Assembly: GCA_051745185.1 (NCBI GenBank)
Contig: JBNJDV010000002.1
Span: forward strand, 7,136 to 71,135
DNA length: 64,000 bases
From: Bacillota bacterium
Lineage (GTDB): Bacteria; Bacillota; Halanaerobiia; Halanaerobiales; M55B127
Direction of reading: 5' to 3'
The notes under the pieces are model-generated. The model was not told where the DNA came from, did not search any database, and was given only the letters and a program-made list of their open reading frames with translations. The position numbers and the translations under genes were made by a program. This document shows, piece after piece, positions 29,316 to 39,433 of this stretch (position 1 is its first letter; the number at the start of each line of letters is the position of its first letter).

Positions 29316-31385
29316 TTATTCTTCCTCTTGTTGTTTTCTTTCTTCAATAATTTTTTCACTGGTTTCTTCAGGAACTTTTTCATAATTTGAAAATTCCATT
29401 GTAAAGTGACCATAACCGCCAGTAATTGATTTTAAATCAGTTGCATAATCAAACAACTCACTTTGAGGTACTTTAGCTTTGATTTTTTGTGTGCCATCTT
29501 CTGGTTCCATCCCTGAGATCTTACCTCTTCTAGAGTTTAAATCTCCCATGATATCCCCCATAAAAGATTCTGGTACTACAACTGTAACATCCATTATTGG
29601 TTCTAATAGTACTGGTTTAGCCTTTTGCATTGCCTGTTTAAATGCTTTTGAAGCTGCTATTTTAAAGGCCATTTCAGATGAGTCAACATCATGATAAGAA
29701 CCATCATAAACAGTAGCCTTAAAGTCAACTACCGGATATTTTGCTAATATACCATCATCTTTAGTTTCTAAAATACCCTTTTCAACAGCTGGTATATAAT
29801 TGCTTGGAATAGCTCCACCAAAGATCTCTTCATCAAATTCAAACCCTTTACCTCTGGGCAGTGGTTCAAATCTAATCATTACATGTCCGTATTGCCCTCT
29901 ACCACCAGACTGTTTTTTATACTTCTCTTCAACAGAAACTTTCCTTCTAATTGTTTCTTTATATTCAACTTTAGGTTCAACTAGATTAAATCCTACATCA
30001 AACTTTCTTTTACAGATATCATTAACAACTGATAAATGTACAGTTCCCATTCCTGTAACTAATAATTGTTTTGTTGCCTTGTTGTAATCGACCTTAAATG
30101 TTGGATCTTCAAGAGAGTATCTATGAATAGCTGCAGACATTTTTTCATTATCTGCACCATCAGCTGGTACTGCAGCTTTTGTTAACATTGGAACCGGGAA
30201 TTCAATTGGTTTCATTTTTATATTCAATTTATTTTTAGTTATTGTATCAGAAGTTTCAAGATCATCTAACTTTGCTACAGCCCCGATATCTCCAGCAATT
30301 AATGTATCTACTTGATCTTGTTCTGAACCATTTAGTTTGTATAATTTACTTACTCTATAACTATCTTTTGTCCTGGGAACATAGATATCTTCACCCTTAT
30401 TAATACTGCCTGAAAATACTCTAAAAATTGATAATTTTCCTATATAAGGGTCAACCATACTTTTTCCCACCATACCGATAAATGGACCTTGTTCACTAAC
30501 TTCATATTCTTTTTCTTGTTCCTCTTCAGTTACATCAATACTTCCTTTATCAGCAGCTGAAGGAGCCAGCTTAAGTAAATAATCCATTAATTTTTTAACA
30601 CCTGAATTTAGTAATGCAGAACCAGAAAATACAGGTACAATACTATTACTTATAACACCTTTTAGTAATGCTTGGTTCATCTCTTTATCAGTTATTTTTT
30701 CATCTTCTAAATATTTCAACATTAATTCTTCATCTAACTCAATAATTGACTCCATTAATTCAAGTTTGTATTCTTCCAGTAGCTCCTGCTGCTCGTCATT
30801 TAACTTGCTTTTTATTTCCTTACCATCTTTAATTTCTATATATTCTTCTTTCAATAAATCGATTATACCTTTATAATCATCCCCTTCTTTATAAGGGATG
30901 GTAATTGGTAATAATGATTCTTCAAAATTTTCCTCAAGTTCATCTACAACTTGTTTAAATGCAGTTCCTTCCTCATCAAATTTATTTATAAATATGAATC
31001 TAGAATTATTATTTCTTACAGCAATATCCCAAACATAATTAGTATTTACTTCTACACCTGAATCGGCGTTAATTAAAAGAACTGAAGTTTCAACCATTCT
31101 AGTTGCACTCGCTACTTCTCCTCTAAAATCAGCATATCCTGGTGTATCGATTAAATTCAACTGTTTATTCTGCCATTCAAAGGAAAAATATGAACTGTTA
31201 ATTGAGTATTTGTGTTCCTTTTCTTCTGGAATGAAATCAGACTTTGTAGTACCTTCATCAACATTTCCTCTTTGTTCGATTTTTCCCGCGTTAAATAAAA
31301 CATCTTCTGTTAAAGTTGTCTTCCCCGCACCTCCATGGGAAATAAATGAGAAATTTTTGATATCTTTTGTCTTATAATTACTCAA
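29316..31385 (-). CDS. Elongation factor G paralog (EF-G2 / EFG-II type translational GTPase)
   Basis: 689 aa with a five-domain EF-G layout. G1 is HGGAGKTT, G3 is DTPGYADF, G4 is NKFD, and the domain IV tip is SGGRGQYGHV. TTG start. It is not in an rpsL-rpsG-fusA-tuf context. Confidence 0.8.
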   Translation of the reverse strand: MSNYKTKDIKNFSFISHGGAGKTTLTEDVLFNAGKIEQRGNVDEGTTKSDFIPEEKEHKYSINSSYFSFEWQNKQLNLIDTPGYADFRGEVASATRMVETSVLLINADSGVEVNTNYVWDIAVRNNNSRFIFINKFDEEGTAFKQVVDELEENFEESLLPITIPYKEGDDYKGIIDLLKEEYIEIKDGKEIKSKLNDEQQELLEEYKLELMESIIELDEELMLKYLEDEKITDKEMNQALLKGVISNSIVPVFSGSALLNSGVKKLMDYLLKLAPSAADKGSIDVTEEEQEKEYEVSEQGPFIGMVGKSMVDPYIGKLSIFRVFSGSINKGEDIYVPRTKDSYRVSKLYKLNGSEQDQVDTLIAGDIGAVAKLDDLETSDTITKNKLNIKMKPIEFPVPMLTKAAVPADGADNEKMSAAIHRYSLEDPTFKVDYNKATKQLLVTGMGTVHLSVVNDICKRKFDVGFNLVEPKVEYKETIRRKVSVEEKYKKQSGGRGQYGHVMIRFEPLPRGKGFEFDEEIFGGAIPSNYIPAVEKGILETKDDGILAKYPVVDFKATVYDGSYHDVDSSEMAFKIAASKAFKQAMQKAKPVLLEPIMDVTVVVPESFMGDIMGDLNSRRGKISGMEPEDGTQKIKAKVPQSELFDYATDLKSITGGYGHFTMEFSNYEKVPEETSEKIIEERKQQEEE

Positions 31386-31508
31386 ATTTTTACACCAACC
31401 TTCCTAATTCTTATATTAAATCTACTAATCACACTCTTTTTTAATTCTATATTTCATACTATAAATCCTGCCTAGAATTAATAATTAATTTTAATTATTC
31501 AGTAAATT

Positions 31509-32069
31509 TTAAAAATTTTCAAATCTATTATGGAAAGCAATCTCTTCTAAATCTTTTCTAGCAGGCCTTCTTTTTTCATCTTTTTTCTGTTTATCAGATA
31601 ATACATCTTTAATCTCTTTAGAATGTTTTCCTACAATTACTAGAGTTATTAAATGATATTCTTCAGGTATTTCCATAACTTCTTTTGCTTTTTTAGGACT
31701 ATATCCTGCAATAGGATGAGCTACTAATCCTAATTCTGTAGCCCTTAATACTAACATGGAAGTAGCTAAACCTACATCAAATAAATAATATTCTCTATCT
31801 TTAATAACACAATCATCTTCTTTTTTTGTAAATACTCCTATAACCATTGAAGCATTTTTGGCCCAGCCATTTCCATCTGATAGAGAATCAAATACTTGTT
31901 CTAACTTTTCTTTTTCATATACGAAGACATATTTCCAGGGTTGATTGTTAAAACAAGATGGAGCAAGTGAAGCTGATTCTGCTAAATCATCGATTAACTC
32001 ATCTGTTATTTCAACAGGGTCTAAAGATCGATAGGCTCTTCTTTTTTCAATAGCTTCTTTAACATCCAT
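31509..32069 (-). CDS. Nitroreductase family protein
   Basis: 186 aa. RRAYRSL...APSCFNNQPW is the nitroreductase fold signature. Confidence 0.8.
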   Translation of the reverse strand: MDVKEAIEKRRAYRSLDPVEITDELIDDLAESASLAPSCFNNQPWKYVFVYEKEKLEQVFDSLSDGNGWAKNASMVIGVFTKKEDDCVIKDREYYLFDVGLATSMLVLRATELGLVAHPIAGYSPKKAKEVMEIPEEYHLITLVIVGKHSKEIKDVLSDKQKKDEKRRPARKDLEEIAFHNRFENF

Positions 32070-32072
32070 TAT

Positions 32073-33272
32073 TTAAGAGTCCCCCTCTTTTATTTTATCT
32101 CCTACATTTACACCTAATTGGTATGCTTTCTTTAAATTTTCTTCTGTAGGAGCATATTGATTATTTATTAAAGGTTCTACTACATTAATATTACATTCTT
32201 CACCAAACTCTTTTAATCGTTCTAACGAACCACCACTCCAACTAAAAGTTCCTATAAAACCAAAATATCTATTTTTAATTCCACGGTTTTCTAACGCTTC
32301 AATCAATGAAAGTACTGGTGGAAAGAGATCATTATTATAGCTGCAGCTTGTAATTATTGCACCTTTATATTTCCAAATATCACTAATCAAATACGATTCG
32401 TGTGTTCTTGAACCATCATAAAGTTTAACATTTTTTATACCTGATTTAGCTAATCCAGCAGCAGCAGATTGAGCAATTTTTTTTGTGTTTCCATACATTG
32501 TGCCATAAACTACTACAGCTCCATCCCGTGCTTCAAAGTTACTCATTGACTTATATAAATTAATAATATATTCAGGTTCTTTTCTCCAAATCGGACCATG
32601 AGTAGAAGCTACCATATTAATATCCATATCATTTAAACTCTTAATATGCTTATTAGCAATTGGAGAATACTTCCCAACTATATTTGAATAATATCTAATG
32701 ATTTCATCTTCATAATTTTCTTTTATTATTTGATCATCGAATATTGAACCATTTATTGCACCAAAGGAACCAAATACATCACCCGAAAATAATATTTTAT
32801 CTTCTATTAAATACGTCATCATTGTTTCGGGCCAGTGTACCATAGGAGTTATTACAAACTGTAAAGTTTTATCTCCAATTTCTAATGTTTCATTATCTTC
32901 TACATTAATTATATTGTTTTCTATTGAATAAAAACCTTTCAAAAATTCAGCAGTTTTTTTATTACCAATTATTTTCATCTCAGGGAAGTGACTTAATAAA
33001 GTTTTTATTGATCCAGAATGGTCTGGCTCCATGTGATTTATTACCAAATAATCAATTGATCTTCCATTTGTTAATTCCATAATATTATCTAAATAGGAAT
33101 CTTGATAATCTATTTTAACTGTATCTATTAAGACAACTTTCTCATCAACTATTAAATAAGAATTATAAGAAATACCTTTAGGAATTGGCCAGAGATTTTC
33201 AAATAAATCAGTTTCCCTATCATTTACTCCTACCCAATATACTCCATTTTCTAACTTGTTTGAATAATTCAT
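32073..33272 (-). CDS. Class A flavodiiron protein (FprA type; metallo-beta-lactamase-like plus flavodoxin domains)
   Basis: 399 aa. Di-iron motif NHMEPDHSG and a C-terminal flavodoxin-like domain (VVVYGTMYGNTKKIA). Confidence 0.85.
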   Translation of the reverse strand: MNYSNKLENGVYWVGVNDRETDLFENLWPIPKGISYNSYLIVDEKVVLIDTVKIDYQDSYLDNIMELTNGRSIDYLVINHMEPDHSGSIKTLLSHFPEMKIIGNKKTAEFLKGFYSIENNIINVEDNETLEIGDKTLQFVITPMVHWPETMMTYLIEDKILFSGDVFGSFGAINGSIFDDQIIKENYEDEIIRYYSNIVGKYSPIANKHIKSLNDMDINMVASTHGPIWRKEPEYIINLYKSMSNFEARDGAVVVYGTMYGNTKKIAQSAAAGLAKSGIKNVKLYDGSRTHESYLISDIWKYKGAIITSCSYNNDLFPPVLSLIEALENRGIKNRYFGFIGTFSWSGGSLERLKEFGEECNINVVEPLINNQYAPTEENLKKAYQLGVNVGDKIKEGDS

Positions 33273-33285
33273 GGACTAACACCTC

Positions 33286-34209
33286 TTATTTATTATTTGT
33301 TTTTAAACTTTTTAATACTTTTTTAAATTTTTTAGGTAATTCAGCCTTAAACTCTACCCAGCTATCATCTTTTGGATGGTAAAAACCTAACTTATAGGCA
33401 TGTAAAAGCTGGTAGTTTAGTTCAAATAACACTTCGGTTGAACCATATTTTTTATCACCTATAATAGGGTAACCAAGATGTGAGAAATGAACTCTTATCT
33501 GGTGGGTTCTACCAGTTTTTAAATTTACTTCAACATATGTATAATCTTTAAACCTTTTTAGTACTTTAAACTCAGTTATTGCTTTTTTACTATTGTCTTT
33601 AATAACAGCCATTTTAGTTCTATTTTTAGGATCCCTACCTATTGGGGCATCTATAGTACCGCTATTATATGGAAGTGTACCTTTTAGGATAGAACGATAT
33701 ATCTTTTTTGTGTCTCTATTTTTAAACTGTTTTAATAAATTATTTAAACTATGTTTTGATTTAGCAACTACTATCGTTCCACTTGTGTTTTTATCAAGTC
33801 TATGAACAATGCCAGGTCTAATTGTACCATTAATATTACCTAATTTATCTGTGTGTGCCAAAAGAGCATTTACTAAGGTATCTTCTTTATTACCTTTTAC
33901 TGGATGGACTATGAGACCTACTGGTTTATTAATTATAATAATTTCTTGATCTTCATAAATAATATCTAGTTCAATGTCTTCTTTTTTTTCTAGACTTAAC
34001 TCTTTTGGTTCTTCTATTTTAATTAAGATTTCATCATTTGATTGAACGTTATAACTTTTTTTCTCTATTTTATTATTTACAAATACTTTATCATCATCAA
34101 TTAACTTTTGTATATAATTACGGCTGAAATCTTCTTTTATTTTAGAAATACACTTATCTAATCTAATATTTTCATCTTCTTTATCAACTGTAAACTTAAT
34201 TTCCTTCAT
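33286..34209 (-). CDS. rluD: 23S rRNA pseudouridine synthase, RluA/RluD family
   Basis: N-terminal S4-like domain, catalytic HRLDKNTSG, and the C-terminal RTHQIRVH. Confidence 0.88.
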   Translation of the reverse strand: MKEIKFTVDKEDENIRLDKCISKIKEDFSRNYIQKLIDDDKVFVNNKIEKKSYNVQSNDEILIKIEEPKELSLEKKEDIELDIIYEDQEIIIINKPVGLIVHPVKGNKEDTLVNALLAHTDKLGNINGTIRPGIVHRLDKNTSGTIVVAKSKHSLNNLLKQFKNRDTKKIYRSILKGTLPYNSGTIDAPIGRDPKNRTKMAVIKDNSKKAITEFKVLKRFKDYTYVEVNLKTGRTHQIRVHFSHLGYPIIGDKKYGSTEVLFELNYQLLHAYKLGFYHPKDDSWVEFKAELPKKFKKVLKSLKTNNK

Positions 34210-34400
34210 TATATTTTCACCTATATCTTGTTATTTATTTTTTTACATTTTATCATAATCGTTAATTATTAACAACTTAACGAGTTATTTAAATATATTG
34301 AAATAATTTTTTGAAATACTTTATCTTTTATTACCCATATGTTATTATTACTATGTTATTATTGGAAATAATTAATATTTATTTATAAGGAGCAATATTT

Positions 34401-35759
34401 ATGGAACTAAAATTAACAAATAATTCTAAAATTAGAGCTAAAAACATACTTATACTGGCACTACCGGCCATACTTGAAATGAGTTTAAATACAATGCTTG
34501 GGGTAGCGGATACATTAATGATCAGTAGAATAATTGGTAAAGAAGCATTAGCTGCAGTGGGTTTTGCAAACCAAATATTTTTTACCCTAATCTTTGTGTT
34601 TTCATCTTTTAATGCCGGTGCAACAGCTATGATAGCCAGAAGTTATGGTGAAAAAAATTACAGCCGTTTGAATAAAATAATGGGGCAAAATCTTAGTTTA
34701 AATACTTTAATAGGTATAGGGGTCTTTTTTATAACCTATAGTTTTGCTGGAAATATTATGAGTGTATATGACATCACCCCACAAGTTAGAAGTTTAGGTA
34801 TCACATATCTAAAGGTTGTTTCTTTTAGCCAGTTTTTTATGTTCATATCATTTGCTATGGCAGCTAGTCTAAGGGGTGCTGGTGATACTAAAACACCTAT
34901 GTTTATAACTGGTTCAGCAAATATTTTAAATATAATTGGTAATTATGTCTTAATGACAGGGTTTTGGATCTTCCCAAACATGGGAATTGCTGGTGCAGCA
35001 CTTTCTACTACTATTTCAAGACTATTGGCTTCAATTGCATATATCATTGTAGTTTTTAATATTAAAGAAAAAATGCAGTTAAGATTACAAAATCTAAAAT
35101 TGACAAAAGAAATACTGAAACCCTTATGGAAATTTAGTTATGCTGCTGGACTTGAACAACTATCTATGCAGGCTGCCTTTTTTTTGAATGGGATAATTAT
35201 TTCTATGTTGGCTACTACTTCAGAAGCTGCTTTTAGGATTTTAATCAATATTGAATCAATTTCTTTTATGCCGGCAATTGGCACTGGTATTGCAACAGCT
35301 ACATTAGTGGGTAAAAATCTTGGTGAAAATAATCCTGAAGAATCACTGAAAACTGGTTTTACAGCAGCTGCACTGGGAGTTTTTTGGGGGCTTTTTATGG
35401 GAATAATATTCATTTTATTTCCCGAACCGATAATTAGAATTTTTACAACTGAAACTGAGGTTGTTGAAGCTTCAATTAAAACATTAAGAATTGCAGGATT
35501 TAATCAAGCTCCACTTGCTTTTATGATTATAATGGCAGGAGCATTAAGAGGTACCGGTGATACAAAAGGAGTAATGATAATTACAGCCATGAGATTATGG
35601 CTAGTATTTGTACCCTTAACCTACTTGTTTACAATCTATTTAAACCAAGGTGTCACAGGTGTCTGGTATGCTGAAATAACTTCCTTTGTTGTCTTTTCAA
35701 TTGTAATCTATAAAAGGTTTTATGCAATGGAGTGGACTGAGATTAAAATGTTCGCATAG
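34401..35759 (+). CDS. MATE family multidrug/sodium efflux transporter
   Basis: 452 aa, 12 predicted TM segments, N-terminal ILALPAILEMSLNTMLGVADTLMISR typical of NorM/MATE. GGAG lies 8 nt before the ATG. Confidence 0.85.
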   Translation: MELKLTNNSKIRAKNILILALPAILEMSLNTMLGVADTLMISRIIGKEALAAVGFANQIFFTLIFVFSSFNAGATAMIARSYGEKNYSRLNKIMGQNLSLNTLIGIGVFFITYSFAGNIMSVYDITPQVRSLGITYLKVVSFSQFFMFISFAMAASLRGAGDTKTPMFITGSANILNIIGNYVLMTGFWIFPNMGIAGAALSTTISRLLASIAYIIVVFNIKEKMQLRLQNLKLTKEILKPLWKFSYAAGLEQLSMQAAFFLNGIIISMLATTSEAAFRILINIESISFMPAIGTGIATATLVGKNLGENNPEESLKTGFTAAALGVFWGLFMGIIFILFPEPIIRIFTTETEVVEASIKTLRIAGFNQAPLAFMIIMAGALRGTGDTKGVMIITAMRLWLVFVPLTYLFTIYLNQGVTGVWYAEITSFVVFSIVIYKRFYAMEWTEIKMFA

Positions 35760-35785
35760 TTAGATAATATTTTAACTAGCAAGTT

Positions 35786-35812
35786 AAAAGAGGGGAATTT
35801 TCCCCTCTTTTT
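35786..35812. terminator. Bidirectional terminator between the MATE gene and ileS
   Basis: AAAAGAGGGG, loop AATTTT, CCCCTCTTTTT. The A-run and T-run on either side make it usable on both strands. Confidence 0.65.
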
Positions 35813-35821
35813 CATATTTTC

Positions 35822-38608
35822 CTATTCACTTTTTAATACTGAAGCACATCTTTCACAAACATCTTCATATTTGTCATCTTCTCCTACAGTTGTATCAAAC
35901 TTCCAGCATCTTTCACACTTTTTACCTTTAGCCTCTTCAACATAAATAGTTATTTTTGAATTTTCACCTTGATAGGTATCTTTTTCTAAATTATCTTTTA
36001 AATCTACTTCAGATACTATAAAAAGGTCAGCTAAATTATCAAATTCAGTATTTAATAAGTTACCGGTTTTTTCATCATCAGTTGTTATCTCAACTCTAGC
36101 TTCTAATGAATTACCGATTGTCTTATCATTTCTGGCAATTTCAAGTGCTTTTGATACATCTTTTCTGATATCTAATAGATATTGCCATTTATCCATTAGT
36201 TTATCATCCTGATAAGCTTCACCAAATGAAGGCCAATCACTTAAAAACACACTGTCTTCTAAATCTGTTTTTTCTAAAGCATACTGCCATACCTCTTCAG
36301 CTGTATGAACTAAAATCGGTGATACTAACTTTATTAAAGTAATCATAATATCAAATAAGGCACTTTGAGCTGATCTTCTACTTAGTGAGTCAGTACCATC
36401 AGTGTAAAGCCTGTCTTTAATGATATCCATATATAAGGAGCTCATTTCAACCGTACAGAAATTATGAACAGCATGGTATACTTTGTGATATTCATACTGC
36501 CTATAGGCTTTATTTACCTTCTCAGAAAGTTCTTTCAGTTTAATCCCAATCCACTTATCTATTTCTTTTCGATCTTTAAATTCAACATAATTTTCTTGTT
36601 TTTTGAAATCACTTGTATTTCCCAATATAAAACGGAATGTATTTCTGATTCTACGATACACTTCTGAATTTTGTTTAAGTATTTTATCAGAAACCCTTAC
36701 ATCATCTTTAAAGTTAGATGATGCAACCCATAACCTTAAAATATCAGCACCATACTGATCTATTATTTTATGTGGTGAAACAACATTACCTTGAGATTTT
36801 GACATCTTATTACCTTTTTTATCAACTGTAAAACCGTTGGTTACTACTTCTTCATAAGGTGCTTTACCTTCTGTAGCAACAGCTGTTAACAGTGATGAAT
36901 TAAACCAACCTCTATACTGGTCAGTACCTTCAAGATAAACTTGAGCCGGCCAATTTAGATTTTCGCGTTGCTCTAATACTGCTTTATGACTAGAACCTGA
37001 GTCAAACCAAACATCCATGATATCTTCTTCTTTTGACAGATTACTGCTTTTACAGTTTGGACATTTATACCCATCAGGTAAAATCTCTGCAGCTTCATAT
37101 TTATACCAAGCATTTGAACCTTCTTTTAAGAATATATCTTTAATAGCTTTAAGAGTATCATCATTGATAATTGATTCTCCACAGTCATCACAGTAAAAAA
37201 TTGGAATAGGAACTCCCCATTTTTTCTGTCTTGAAATACACCAATCAGTTCTTTCAGATACCATGTTTGCCATTCGTTTTTCTCCCCAGACAGGAAACCA
37301 TTTCACATCATGAATTGCCTTTAAGGTTTCTTCTTTTATATCCTCTATTGAAGCAAACCATTGATCAGTTGCTCTAAATACCAATGGTCCCTTACATCTC
37401 CAACAATGTGGATACTGATGGTCGATAAAGTTCAATTCTAATAATAAGTTTCTTTCCTTTAACATATCAGTTACTTTAATGTTTGCCTTATCATAATGCA
37501 TCCCGGCAAATACTCCTGCTTCTTCAGTAAAGTAACCTTTATTATCCATAGGAGCATATACTTCTAAACCGTATTCCTGTCCAACTATAAAGTCATCATG
37601 ACCATGGCCTGGTGCAGTGTGGACACAACCTGTACCATCTTCTAATGTGACATGTTCTCCTAAAATGATCAGAGATTTACGATCCATAAAGGGGTGGTTT
37701 GTATTCACTCTTTCTAATTCACTACCTTTAAATGGATCACCGATTACCTTGTAATCTTCAATGCCAACCTTTCCCATTACTTCATCTACAAGTTTTTCAG
37801 CCATAACAAGTTTATCACTACCAACTTTGACAACAACATAATTGAAATCGGGATGCAGTGTGATAGCTAAGTTTGATGGAATTGTCCAGGGTGTGGTTGT
37901 CCAAATAACCATATGACTATCCTGTGGGGTTAATTTTACATTACCCACTTCAACCTCTTCTGCAAATGGAAATTTTACATAAATTGATGGAGTGCGGTCT
38001 GTGTGATACTCTACTTCTGCTTCAGCAAGAGCAGTCTCACAACTTGGACACCAATGTACTGGTTTTTGACCTTTATAAAAAAGTCCCTTTTTAGCCATTT
38101 CACCAAAGACTTCAATTTGTTTTACTTCATATTCAGGATTAAGTGTTAAGTATGGATTATCCCATTCACCCCAAACACCTAATCTTTTAAACTGTTCTTT
38201 TTGTCTGTCAACATACTTTAAAGCATAATCTTTACACTTTTCTCTCAGTTCTGCAACAGATAGATCATTTATTTTATCTCCCATTTCTTTACTAACCTGA
38301 TGTTCAATTGGTAAACCATGAGTATCCCAGCCTGGTACATATGGAGAATAATATCCTTTTAAAGTACTATATCTTGTAACAATATCCTTTAGTACTTTAT
38401 TTAAAGCATGACCGATATGTATATCTCCATTTGCATATGGAGGACCATCATGTAGAATAAAAGGCTCATTATCTTCACGATTTTTTACAGCTCTTTCATA
38501 TACTTTATTTTCTTCCCATAACTTCTGATATGCTAACTCTCTTTCACTTAAATTAGCGCGCATTGGAAAGTCAGTATCTGGTAAATTAATTGTTTCTTTA
38601 TAACTCAT
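35822..38608 (-). CDS. ileS: Isoleucyl-tRNA synthetase (type 1, with C-terminal zinc finger)
   Basis: HIGH motif ([10 protein letters not shown]), KMSKS motif ([10 protein letters not shown]), and C-terminal CERCWKF...CERC. Confidence 0.95.
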   Translation of the reverse strand: MSYKETINLPDTDFPMRANLSERELAYQKLWEENKVYERAVKNREDNEPFILHDGPPYANGDIHIGHALNKVLKDIVTRYSTLKGYYSPYVPGWDTHGLPIEHQVSKEMGDKINDLSVAELREKCKDYALKYVDRQKEQFKRLGVWGEWDNPYLTLNPEYEVKQIEVFGEMAKKGLFYKGQKPVHWCPSCETALAEAEVEYHTDRTPSIYVKFPFAEEVEVGNVKLTPQDSHMVIWTTTPWTIPSNLAITLHPDFNYVVVKVGSDKLVMAEKLVDEVMGKVGIEDYKVIGDPFKGSELERVNTNHPFMDRKSLIILGEHVTLEDGTGCVHTAPGHGHDDFIVGQEYGLEVYAPMDNKGYFTEEAGVFAGMHYDKANIKVTDMLKERNLLLELNFIDHQYPHCWRCKGPLVFRATDQWFASIEDIKEETLKAIHDVKWFPVWGEKRMANMVSERTDWCISRQKKWGVPIPIFYCDDCGESIINDDTLKAIKDIFLKEGSNAWYKYEAAEILPDGYKCPNCKSSNLSKEEDIMDVWFDSGSSHKAVLEQRENLNWPAQVYLEGTDQYRGWFNSSLLTAVATEGKAPYEEVVTNGFTVDKKGNKMSKSQGNVVSPHKIIDQYGADILRLWVASSNFKDDVRVSDKILKQNSEVYRRIRNTFRFILGNTSDFKKQENYVEFKDRKEIDKWIGIKLKELSEKVNKAYRQYEYHKVYHAVHNFCTVEMSSLYMDIIKDRLYTDGTDSLSRRSAQSALFDIMITLIKLVSPILVHTAEEVWQYALEKTDLEDSVFLSDWPSFGEAYQDDKLMDKWQYLLDIRKDVSKALEIARNDKTIGNSLEARVEITTDDEKTGNLLNTEFDNLADLFIVSEVDLKDNLEKDTYQGENSKITIYVEEAKGKKCERCWKFDTTVGEDDKYEDVCERCASVLKSE

Positions 38609-38637
38609 TTATATAACCTCCTAGACTTTTTTACAAT

Positions 38638-38850
38638 AAAAAAAGGCCATTCCACCCTTGAAGGGGCGAAAGGACCGCGGTACCACCCTAATTTCTACTT
38701 TAGAACTTTAACGCAGTTATACGGGTTAAATTACTTAATTTCAAATAACCAGTTCAAGAGTGATCTTCATTAAAATCAGTGATTACCGGCTCTCACCAAT
38801 CCGGTTCGCTGTAAATATGATAATAATTACTGTCTCTATCAAAACTATTA
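38638..38850 (-). promoter_or_regulatory. T-box riboswitch leader (Ile specifier AUC) controlling ileS
   Basis: On the minus strand: GA/K-turn AGAGA (38833-38837), AG bulge and distal loop AGCGAACCGGATTGGTGAGAGCCGG, specifier region GUA-AUC-A (AUC at 38781-38783), T-box sequence AATTAGGGTGGTACCGCG (38676-38693), then the terminator GGTCCTTTCGCCC / GGGTGGAATGGCC plus a U7 run (38638-38676). Confidence 0.88.
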
Positions 38851-38866
38851 ATTTTAATTTTCTTAT

Positions 38867-38895
38867 ATTATAAGATATATAATTTGTTTAGTCAA
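38867..38895 (-). promoter_or_regulatory. Sigma-A promoter of the ileS T-box leader
   Basis: On the minus strand: TTGACT (38890-38895, overlapping the divIVA stop codon), a 17-nt spacer, then TATAAT (38867-38872). Confidence 0.55.
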
Positions 38896-39394
38896 GTTCT
38901 GCAGTATCGTCTAAATCTTCAATTTTATCTTGATACTTATCTAAATCTATTTCTTCATCTTCTTCTAATACTTCTAATTGACTTTCTAACAAATTACGTA
39001 ATCTAATTTTGAAAAAGGTTTTTGTTTCTTTTAATTTTTCTAGTTTTTTATATTCTTCTGCTAAGTCCTTTTTAACTTTTTCACGCATCTTTTCAGCTTC
39101 CATATTAGCTTTTTCAATAATCATATTAGCTTCTTCTTTAGCTTGTTTGGTTTGTTTATCAGCTATTTCTTCAATGCTTCTTAATGTACTTTTTAAATTT
39201 TCTTCAATATTTTCATAACTTTTTAACTTGTCCTTAAGCTTCTCATTCCTATCTTGAAGTTCTTTTTTCTCCTGTAACATTCTTTCATATTCTACACCAA
39301 TATCATCTAAAAATTCTTCAACTTGACTTTTATTATAACCTAAAGCTGATACTGTAAACTCTTTGTTGTATATATCCAGCGGATTCATTTTCAT
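38888..39394 (-). CDS. divIVA: Cell division/polarity protein DivIVA
   Basis: N-terminal NPLDIYNKEFTVSALGYNKSQVEEFLD followed by a long coiled coil. Located after ylmH and before ileS as in Bacillus. Confidence 0.9.
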   Translation of the reverse strand: MKMNPLDIYNKEFTVSALGYNKSQVEEFLDDIGVEYERMLQEKKELQDRNEKLKDKLKSYENIEENLKSTLRSIEEIADKQTKQAKEEANMIIEKANMEAEKMREKVKKDLAEEYKKLEKLKETKTFFKIRLRNLLESQLEVLEEDEEIDLDKYQDKIEDLDDTAELD

Positions 39395-39433
39395 GCTAGC
39401 TCCTCCTTATATAAAGATAATTTGATATACTTT

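Noticed and set aside
34339-34388. Calling the two 10-11 codon uORFs upstream of the MATE gene as real CDS features.
   Set aside because: They have no Shine-Dalgarno sequences, and AT-rich DNA yields such mini-ORFs by chance. They are reported only as a hypothesis in the findings.
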